Assembly (NCBI GenBank): GCA_963621725.1
Contig: CAVFEY010000003.1
Span: forward strand, 3,327 to 67,326
Length of the DNA: 64,000 nt
Direction of reading: 5' to 3'
From: Firmicutes bacterium AF25-13AC
Lineage (GTDB): Bacteria; Actinomycetota; Coriobacteriia; Coriobacteriales; Coriobacteriaceae
Part shown: piece after piece, positions 57,985 to 64,000 of the stretch
How positions within the stretch are numbered: the stretch's first letter is position 1
How the letters are laid out: every line of letters begins with the position of its first letter
Notes under the pieces: generated by a model
Told to the model about the DNA's origin: nothing
Seen by the model: the letters and a program-made list of their open reading frames with translations, nothing else
The model's database searches: none
Made by a program: the position numbers and the translations under genes

Positions 57985-59286
57985 CTATGCCAGCTTGTCG
58001 ATCTGCCCAATCTCCCAAAGCGGAATATTGATGAGCATGCCCTCGTCTCTATATGCCGCCAGGGAGCTCCTCACGCAACGCTCGAGTTTGAATTTTTCGC
58101 AGGCTATTTTCAGACTCTTCGCTTTAAGGTTCTCTGCCGCCTTGACCTCAAGCGGAAGCACGGTTCCCGCATGGTCGATGGCAAAGTCGGTTTCGGCATT
58201 GCCGGAGGTAGAGGACCAATACGCGGGAGTTTTGTCCTGGAGCAAAAGCTCCTGCGCGACGTATTGTTCGGTCAGCGAACCTTTGAACTCGGTAAAAACA
58301 GCGGATCCGTTAAGAACGATGGCCGGAGAGAGACCGGAGAGCGCTCCGAGGATGCCGGTGTCGATGCAGAACAGTTTGAAGCCCGAGAGGTCTTCGTAGC
58401 TCGAGAGCGGCGCCTTTAGAGCGGAAACACGTGGCACCTTATGAACGATTCCGTAGTCCGTGAGCCACTGGAGGCTTTCCTCGAAATCGCGTGCGCGCGC
58501 TCCGGGACGAAGGGCGCCATAGACAAACTTCTTGTTCTCCTTTGCAAGCTGGCCGGGAAGGGATTTCCAAACCAACCTCATGCGCTCGACGATGCGGGCG
58601 GGTGCATGTTTGCCAAAATCGGATTCGTAAGCCTCGATGATTTGCTGCTGAAGCCTTCGGGCTTCGATGAAGTCGCGTGTCTCGGCGAAAGCGGAGACAA
58701 CTTCGGGCATACCGCCGACAACAAGGTATTCCTTGAGCAAGCGCTCGAGCTTTTCGGTAACGTTTGCCAGAAGGTTCATGTCTGCGGCAAGGATGGCATC
58801 GGCGAGCGGGTTGCCGTCGACGGCACGAACGAACTCGGCAAACCCCATGGGACGCATGGTGAGCTGGTCGATTTTGCCGACGGGAAATGACTCGTTTTCG
58901 CGTCGGAGCGCGAGGCCCATATAGGAACCGGCTGCCACGATGTGGTATTCGGGTGCAAGTTCGTTGAAGTACTTGAGTGAGGTGATCCCGCGTGGTGCCT
59001 CTTGGATCTCGTCGAAGATGATGAGCGTGTCTGCCGGCGTTACGGTTTGGCCACGTAGGAGTTCTATCTGGGAGATGATGCGCTTGGGGTCGAGGTCCCC
59101 ATCGAACAGCGAGCGTGTGCTCGGCTCGAGCATAAAGTCAAAACGAATGACGTTTCGATACTGCTGGCTTGCGAATTCGTTAAGAAGCCAAGTCTTTCCT
59201 GTCTGGCGGGCTCCCTTAAGCAAGAGAGGTTTGCGATTCGCCCTTGATTTCCAAGCGATAAGTTCACTCATAAGCTGTCGCTGCAT
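57985..59286 (-). CDS. AAA+ ATPase (AAA_14) with a DUF4143 / PD-(D/E)xK-like C-terminal domain
   Basis: Walker A GARQTGKT, Walker B LIIFDEIQ, and C-terminal ETDFAID...LPLEVKA. ATG at 59286 follows GGGAGG. Confidence 0.8.
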   Translation of the reverse strand: MQRQLMSELIAWKSRANRKPLLLKGARQTGKTWLLNEFASQQYRNVIRFDFMLEPSTRSLFDGDLDPKRIISQIELLRGQTVTPADTLIIFDEIQEAPRGITSLKYFNELAPEYHIVAAGSYMGLALRRENESFPVGKIDQLTMRPMGFAEFVRAVDGNPLADAILAADMNLLANVTEKLERLLKEYLVVGGMPEVVSAFAETRDFIEARRLQQQIIEAYESDFGKHAPARIVERMRLVWKSLPGQLAKENKKFVYGALRPGARARDFEESLQWLTDYGIVHKVPRVSALKAPLSSYEDLSGFKLFCIDTGILGALSGLSPAIVLNGSAVFTEFKGSLTEQYVAQELLLQDKTPAYWSSTSGNAETDFAIDHAGTVLPLEVKAAENLKAKSLKIACEKFKLERCVRSSLAAYRDEGMLINIPLWEIGQIDKLA

Positions 59287-59329
59287 ATTGCCTCCCAACC
59301 CTCTCGGTTAGTATAAGGCCATTTGGGTG

Positions 59330-59420
59330 TTTCCATCGGAAAATGTGCGAGACAACCACGTTTTTCCATCGGAAAATGTGGGAGACAACCACGTTTTTCC
59401 ATCGGAAAATGTGGGAACAC
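59330..59420. repeat. 2.7 copies of a 33-bp tandem repeat (TTTCCATCGGAAAATGTGGGAGACAACCACGTT)
   Basis: Units at 59330-59362, 59363-59395 and 59396-59420 (truncated). Each contains the palindrome TTTCC-ATC-GGAAA. Located 44 nt upstream of the ATPase start. Confidence 0.9.
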
Positions 59421-59426
59421 CAACCT

Positions 59427-59495
59427 AAGTCGCGGTGGAATAGTTCCTAAATGGGCTGGTAAACTGCCAAAACAGGAACTATTCCACCGCAACTT
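59427..59495. repeat. family-2 palindromic element, copy C
   Basis: AAGTCGCGGTGGAATAGTTCCT - loop - AGGAACTATTCCACCGCAACTT. The distal arm is compensated relative to copies A and B. Confidence 0.85.
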
Positions 59496-59496
59496 A

Positions 59497-59777
59497 GAGT
59501 CCCACCGGCATCTAAAAGAAGCGAGCCCGCATCCCTGAGGAACACGGGCTCGAAAGCTCCATATGGTAGGGGCGGTGGGACGTCCGCGCATTTGCTGCGC
59601 AAATACGCACCGGCTTCGGCCGCCTGTCGGCGCCCTCGCCGGCTCGCTACGGACGCTGCGCGTCCGCTTAACGCTCGCCCCCTCGCGGGTTCGAGTCCCA
59701 CCGGCATCTAAAAGAAGCGAGCCCGCATCCCTGGGGAACACGGGCTCGAAAGCTCCATATGGTAGGGGCGGTGGGAC
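59497..59777 (-). repeat. 196-bp-period duplication carrying the tRNA-Leu 3' end and terminator, with a GC-rich insert homologous to the tRNA-Gln-linked one
   Basis: The 85-bp blocks 59497-59581 and 59693-59777 are identical except for one base. Between them lies GTCCGCGC...CCCCTCGCGGGTTCGA (59582-59692). Confidence 0.85.
59709..59749 (-). terminator. terminator of tRNA-Leu (a second copy lies at ~59513-59553)
   Basis: Minus strand CGAGCCCG-loop-CGGGCTCG followed by CTTCTTTT. Confidence 0.6.
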
Positions 59778-59844
59778 TCGAACCCACAATCCTTGCGGCG
59801 AGAGATTTTAAGTCTCCTGCGTATGCCAATTCCGCCACGCCCCC
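59760..59844 (-). tRNA. tRNA-Leu (anticodon TAA)
   Basis: Reverse complement GGGGGCGTGGCGGAATTGGCATACGCAGGAGACTTAAAATCTCTCGCCGCAAGGATTGTGGGTTCGAGTCCCACCGCCCCTACCA. It has anticodon loop CTTAAAA, a long variable arm, a canonical T-arm and an encoded CCA. Confidence 0.9.
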
Positions 59845-59875
59845 GTGAGACTAGAAGTCTAGCACAAGCCGTCCG

Positions 59876-60499
59876 TTACGCGTTGACGGCCATCGAGTGT
59901 TGGCCCGACTTCTCCAGGAACTCCTGGAACTTGGCTTCGTCGCCCTTGTTCTGGTACTGCAGGGCTAGCAGGTACTCCAAGCGGCAGCGCTTGACCGGGT
60001 CGTCGCCGACATCCTCGAGCATGCGCTCCAGCTCGGGAATGTCGTTGTGGCGCTTGAGGATCATCGTGTCGTACATCAGCTGGCATTCGTGTGCGACTGC
60101 CTCGGCCTGACCGCCCTCAAAGCCCTTGATCTCGTGCAGCAACTCCTTGGCCTTTTTGCGGTCCTCCTGGCCAACGTAGTAGTTAAAAGCTTTGATTACC
60201 AGGTCGACGCGCTGCATCTTGGGCAGGTTGAGTCCCAGTAGCAGGTCGAACATCTCGTCGGCGCGCTTATGGTCCTCGCGCAGCAGATAGGAGTTCAGGC
60301 GCAGGTAGTCGCGGTTGTAGCGCGGGTACAGCATGCTGGTGAGTTTGCCGTCGAGCAAACGATCGAACTCGTCCCACTGCTTGGCGGCCATCAATTGCTG
60401 CAGGCGTTTAAACGTGGTGCGTTTTTTGACGCTAAAGAACACCGACACGGCGATGCAGATGATAACGACGGCGGTCCAGAGTGTGCGGGAATCGGGCAT
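59876..60499 (-). CDS. membrane-anchored helical-repeat (TPR-like) hypothetical protein
   Basis: N-terminal TM LWTAVVIICIAVSVFFSV followed by an all-helical repeat-like sequence. Confidence 0.55.
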   Translation of the reverse strand: MPDSRTLWTAVVIICIAVSVFFSVKKRTTFKRLQQLMAAKQWDEFDRLLDGKLTSMLYPRYNRDYLRLNSYLLREDHKRADEMFDLLLGLNLPKMQRVDLVIKAFNYYVGQEDRKKAKELLHEIKGFEGGQAEAVAHECQLMYDTMILKRHNDIPELERMLEDVGDDPVKRCRLEYLLALQYQNKGDEAKFQEFLEKSGQHSMAVNA

Positions 60500-60662
60500 A
60501 TTAGGGTCCTTAGTCGCTCATAAAGCGAGCGGTATGACAACACGTACTAGATGTATTATACGCAGCGCGCAAGCAAACTGGCATAAAAGCTCATCGAGGC
60601 CGAGTGCCATCGCTCGCTGCGGTACACTTACCTAAAGTAAACCATGAAGGGAGACATTACCT

Positions 60663-60950
60663 ATGAAGAAGATCGTTTTGGCTTGCGGTGCTGGCGCTGC
60701 TACTTCCACGCTCGTTGCCCAGAAGGTCGCTACTCTGCTCGACGCCAACGGTTACGCCGACAAGTACGAGATCGTGCAGTGCGCCATCTCCGAGGCCAAG
60801 GACGTTTGCGACGAGGGCGCCGACCTGCTGATCGCCACCACCGTTGCCCCCGAGGGCCTCACCTGCCCGTACGTGAGCGGCGTGCCCTTCATGACCGGCA
60901 TGAACCGCGTCGCTGCCGAGAAGGCCGTTCTCGACGTCATGGCTCAGTAG
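60663..60950 (+). CDS. PTS EIIB component (galactitol/ascorbate-type), orphan
   Basis: MKKIVLACGAGAATSTL phospho-Cys loop. 95 aa. Confidence 0.75.
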   Translation: MKKIVLACGAGAATSTLVAQKVATLLDANGYADKYEIVQCAISEAKDVCDEGADLLIATTVAPEGLTCPYVSGVPFMTGMNRVAAEKAVLDVMAQ

Positions 60951-60961
60951 GCGCTGACTGC

Positions 60962-61336
60962 ATGAGTGAGCAGAACGCCAATCCGGTAGAGCTCTTTGGT
61001 ATGCGCGTTGCCCATGTGGGCATTAACGCCGCCGACCCGGCAGACGCCTTGGAGATTGCGGAGCTGTTCTCGACGATGATGGGCCTGCCCGTTATCGAGA
61101 CCCCGGTTTCGTACTTTAACGATTCGCTGGTCGAGATCATGAAGCAGAACGGTCGTGGCGCCAAGGGCCACATCGGCTTTGCCGTCAACGACATCGATGC
61201 GGCCGAGAGGTGGTTTGCCGAGCGCGGGCTCGAGGTCAACGAGGAGTCGCGCGTGCTGCTGCCCGACGGCGGCACCAAGCTCGTGTACTTTAAGCGCGAG
61301 TTCGCCGGCTTCGCCGTGCATTTGTGCCGCGAGTAG
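60962..61336 (+). CDS. VOC (glyoxalase/bleomycin-resistance fold) family protein
   Basis: 124 aa; VAHVGINA ... GHIGFAVNDIDAAERWFAERG pattern. Confidence 0.65.
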   Translation: MSEQNANPVELFGMRVAHVGINAADPADALEIAELFSTMMGLPVIETPVSYFNDSLVEIMKQNGRGAKGHIGFAVNDIDAAERWFAERGLEVNEESRVLLPDGGTKLVYFKREFAGFAVHLCRE

Positions 61337-61358
61337 CGCACAAGCTGCCATAGCTGGC

Positions 61359-61397
61359 AAAAAGGGATAGGGTCGCGTGGCCCTATCCCTTTATTTA
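61359..61397. terminator. bidirectional terminator between the VOC gene and the histidine kinase
   Basis: AAAGGGATAGGG-TCGCGTGG-CCCTATCCCTTT with flanking A and T runs. Confidence 0.7.
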
Positions 61398-61411
61398 TGC
61401 CGAGGGGCTTC

Positions 61412-62707
61412 CTACCGCGGCAGGCGAATCGTAAAGCGGCTGCCGACGCCCTCGACCGAGGTCACACCGATGACGCCGCCGTGGCTGTCGACGATCCACT
61501 TGGCGATCGCAAGCCCCAGACCCGAACCCTGTGCGCCGGCATCGCGCGCGTTGTCGGCACGGTAGAACCGCTCGAACGCGTGAGCTGCGGATTTCTGGTT
61601 CATGCCGATGCCCTCGTCCTCAACACTTATGTCGATCGTGCCCGCGCCCGCATCTGGCGTTATGCCAAATGTGACGGTCGTTCCCGCATCCGAGTACTTG
61701 GCGGCGTTTTGCACGATCACGCGCAGAGCCTGCTTCACGAGCGCCACGTCGACGGGCGCGTCGCAGCGCGGGTCGCTGGCAAGCGCAGCGTCAGAAGCCA
61801 GCCGATACGTGTGCTCGGTATCGATCATCTGCGATTCTTCGCATATCTCGCTGACCAGTGCAGCCAAGTTGGTATGCGCGCGCCGCAGGACCGTGCGCCC
61901 GGCATCGCCGCGCGCCAAAAACAGCAGCTGCTCCACAAGCTCTTGCATGTGCTCGCTTTCGGCTTTAAGGGACGCGATGGATTCCGCCAGCACGTCCGGG
62001 TCGTCCTTACCCCAGCGGTCGAGCATGTTTACGTAGCCCTGAATCACCGCGATGGGCGTGCGCAGCTCGTGGCTCGCATCGTTGACAAAGCGCATCTGCT
62101 GCAGCTTGGCCTCTTGCATCTGGCGCAGTAGGCGGTTGAGTGCGACCTCGATGCTCGCCAGGTCGGCGTCGCCGGTGGTGACGCTCGGCGAGTCGACGCT
62201 TGCGCGCGCGATGGCCTGCTCCAGTGTTTCCATTTTGCCGCCGGAGAGCTGCATGCGACCGAGTTCGTCCACGCGCAGGGCCAGATCGTTGAGCGGCGCC
62301 ATGGTGCGGCGCACGCGGCGGGCGCCGCCGAGCATGTTGAGCACGCTGATGACCTGCCAACCCACAACGACAAGGTAGAGAGGCCATAGCGTGACGAGGT
62401 CCTGCGCGAGGGGGAAGGTCTTGGTGGTGCGCGCAAGCTCGACGGTATAGGTGAGCGTTGCCAGGTCCCAGCCGCGCGCGGGCGTCAGCGACATGCCGTG
62501 AACGGTGGCACCGGGGATCCATCCTGCGGTAAACGTGTCGTCGGGCAGTGTCTGGTTGTATCCATAGACGAGGATCGCCGCCGCAATCACTACCAGCAAC
62601 AGATCGAGCCAGACGTAGCTTATCAGGCGGCGCCACATATAGCTCCAGTTGATGGCGCGGGCGATGGATGTGACGCGCTTGGCCTCGGCGTTACGCACGG
62701 CAGACAT
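61412..62707 (-). CDS. sensor histidine kinase
   Basis: Two TM segments, H-box SHELRTPIAVIQGY, N/G boxes NAAKYS and GSGLGLAIAKWIV. The ATG at 62707 overlaps the RR stop. Confidence 0.85.
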   Translation of the reverse strand: MSAVRNAEAKRVTSIARAINWSYMWRRLISYVWLDLLLVVIAAAILVYGYNQTLPDDTFTAGWIPGATVHGMSLTPARGWDLATLTYTVELARTTKTFPLAQDLVTLWPLYLVVVGWQVISVLNMLGGARRVRRTMAPLNDLALRVDELGRMQLSGGKMETLEQAIARASVDSPSVTTGDADLASIEVALNRLLRQMQEAKLQQMRFVNDASHELRTPIAVIQGYVNMLDRWGKDDPDVLAESIASLKAESEHMQELVEQLLFLARGDAGRTVLRRAHTNLAALVSEICEESQMIDTEHTYRLASDAALASDPRCDAPVDVALVKQALRVIVQNAAKYSDAGTTVTFGITPDAGAGTIDISVEDEGIGMNQKSAAHAFERFYRADNARDAGAQGSGLGLAIAKWIVDSHGGVIGVTSVEGVGSRFTIRLPR

Positions 62708-63470
62708 AGCCCACCCCGCGCACGGTTTGGATGATGCGGGCACCGCCGGCGTCCTCGATCTTGGCGCGTAGATGCGCGATGTGCACGTCGACGTTGTTGG
62801 TGTCGCCCACGTATTCGTAGCCCAGCGCCTCGTGCGCGATGTGCTCGCGCGTGAGCACGGTTTTGGCATGCGCCATAAGCAAGGCGAGGACATCGAACTC
62901 GCGGGCCGTGAGCGCAATGGGCGAGCCGCCGACCGTGACTTCGCGGCGGTCGGGGTCGAGCGCAACCGAGCCCACGGCGAGCGTGGCGGGGGAGAGCGAG
63001 ACGGAAACCTGGGTCGAGTCACTGACCGGGGGCATCGCAGTGGCGCCGACACCCGTGCCGCCTGCCGCGCCCGTCCCGATGCCGCCAACGCCCGAAGCCG
63101 CCCGCACGGCCTCCGAGCGCTTCAACGCCACGCGGATCCGTGCGAACAGCTCCTCAATCGCAAACGGCTTGGTCAGGTAATCGTCGGCGCCGGCATCGAG
63201 CCCGGCCACCTTGTCCATCACGGCATCGCGCGCGGTGACCATTATCACCGGCACATCCTTGTGCTTGCGGACGCGCCGCAGGACCTCCATGCCGTTGAGC
63301 TGCGGCAACAGCACATCGAGCAGAATAAGATCGTAGTTGCGCTCCAGCGCCAGGTCCACGGCGGTGCGGCCATCGGCGGCGTGTTCCACCTGGTAGCCCT
63401 CGTGCTCCAGCTCGAGCGTCACAAAGCGGGCGATTTTCTCCTCGTCCTCTACGATCAGGATCCGTGCCAT
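62691..63470 (-). CDS. OmpR/PhoB-family response regulator
   Basis: MARILIVEDE...DLILLDVLLP receiver and C-terminal wHTH (LTAREFDVLALLM...VDVHIAHLRAKIE). The interdomain linker is unusually long and Gly/Ala/Thr-rich. Confidence 0.85.
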   Translation of the reverse strand: MARILIVEDEEKIARFVTLELEHEGYQVEHAADGRTAVDLALERNYDLILLDVLLPQLNGMEVLRRVRKHKDVPVIMVTARDAVMDKVAGLDAGADDYLTKPFAIEELFARIRVALKRSEAVRAASGVGGIGTGAAGGTGVGATAMPPVSDSTQVSVSLSPATLAVGSVALDPDRREVTVGGSPIALTAREFDVLALLMAHAKTVLTREHIAHEALGYEYVGDTNNVDVHIAHLRAKIEDAGGARIIQTVRGVGYVCRA

Positions 63471-63488
63471 GCGTGTCCCCGTTTGCGA

Positions 63489-64000
63489 TTACTTGTCGTC
63501 GTTCAGATTTTGCTTGATGTCGTTCGCGGCATCGGCGGCGTGATTCATAAGGTTGTTGATGCTGCCGGGCACGTCGCCGTCGCTGTCGATGCGGTAGCGC
63601 ATGCCAAAGAACAGGCCAATCAGCATCAGCCAAATCGTAGCGCCCCAGGCAAACAGGGCGATGATGGGGATCAGGATGGGGATGTTGAGGATGATCGCAT
63701 CGCGGCGCGTGGCGATAAACTTGGTGTCCAGGCTCAGGCGGAAGAGCTTTTTGAGGTACTCCCATACGCTGTCCATCTTCTTGGAGAAGTCGGTCTTTTC
63801 GCTCGACTTCTCGTAGGCGGCCTGCGCGGCGACCATCTCGGCTGAGGGCTCATCGACTGGCGCGGACTCGGTGGCGGCGTGCGCCGACGTGGTCTGCGTC
63901 TTGCCCTGCGACTCGAGCCAAATGATGGCGTCCAAAACGTTGCCGTCGGCGGCGTCGAGCGCGGCCTTGGCATCGGTGTAGCTCACGTTGCACTTGGTGC
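63489..64000 (-). CDS. UBA-like / DUF4342-like membrane protein (5' end probably beyond the window)
   Basis: SYTDAKAALDAADGNVLDAIIWLESQG resembles a TS-N/UBA-like domain, followed by two TM segments. The frame stays open to the window edge. Confidence 0.45.
   Translation of the reverse strand, partial: TKCNVSYTDAKAALDAADGNVLDAIIWLESQGKTQTTSAHAATESAPVDEPSAEMVAAQAAYEKSSEKTDFSKKMDSVWEYLKKLFRLSLDTKFIATRRDAIILNIPILIPIIALFAWGATIWLMLIGLFFGMRYRIDSDGDVPGSINNLMNHAADAANDIKQNLNDDK

Overview
High-GC (about 60%) Actinomycetota-type chromosomal segment. Gene content and fusions look Coriobacteriia/Collinsella-like, but that taxon is a guess and no search was run. Coding content is mostly housekeeping plus carbohydrate uptake. 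In order: alr (3' fragment), family-4 UDG, tsaE, one ORF fusing TsaB-RimI-TsaD, cstA, a large protein with a JetD/DUF2220 Toprim-like C-terminus, tRNA-Gln, a peptidoglycan-binding protein, a polyprenyl synthase, a PTS EIIC-EIIB-HAD phosphatase fusion with a divergent GntR regulator, a sugar ABC transporter, glgP-malQ, galE, a PcsB-like hydrolase, murB and a LacI regulator. Next comes a locus of two tandem GntR regulators with two paralogous mannose-family PTS operons carrying SIS deglycase-like genes, an MFS transporter and an FrlC-like TIM-barrel gene, which looks like Amadori/fructosamine utilisation. After that: a near-complete his operon (hisZ-hisG fusion, D, C, B, H, A, F, I, a small ORF, E) with convergent PHP-type hisK, a LarC C-terminal domain ORF, yfcE-like, mazG, eno, ftsB-like, ppx, an AAA+/DUF4143 ATPase, tRNA-Leu, an orphan PTS EIIB, a VOC protein and an OmpR-type two-component pair. 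The most unusual signals are non-coding. (1) A four-copy element has a conserved ~72-nt core enclosed by 30-42 bp arms that are perfectly complementary within each copy but differ between copies. (2) Both tRNA genes are followed by homologous GC-rich inserts whose arms copy the T-arm/3' end of the host tRNA. (3) A second palindromic family (~68 bp) has three copies. (4) Further repeats: a three-unit ~80-bp palindromic array, a 33-bp tandem repeat, and a palindromic insert inside the his operon. Long antisense ORFs in the track are GC-composition artefacts. All functional calls rest on motif recognition by eye.
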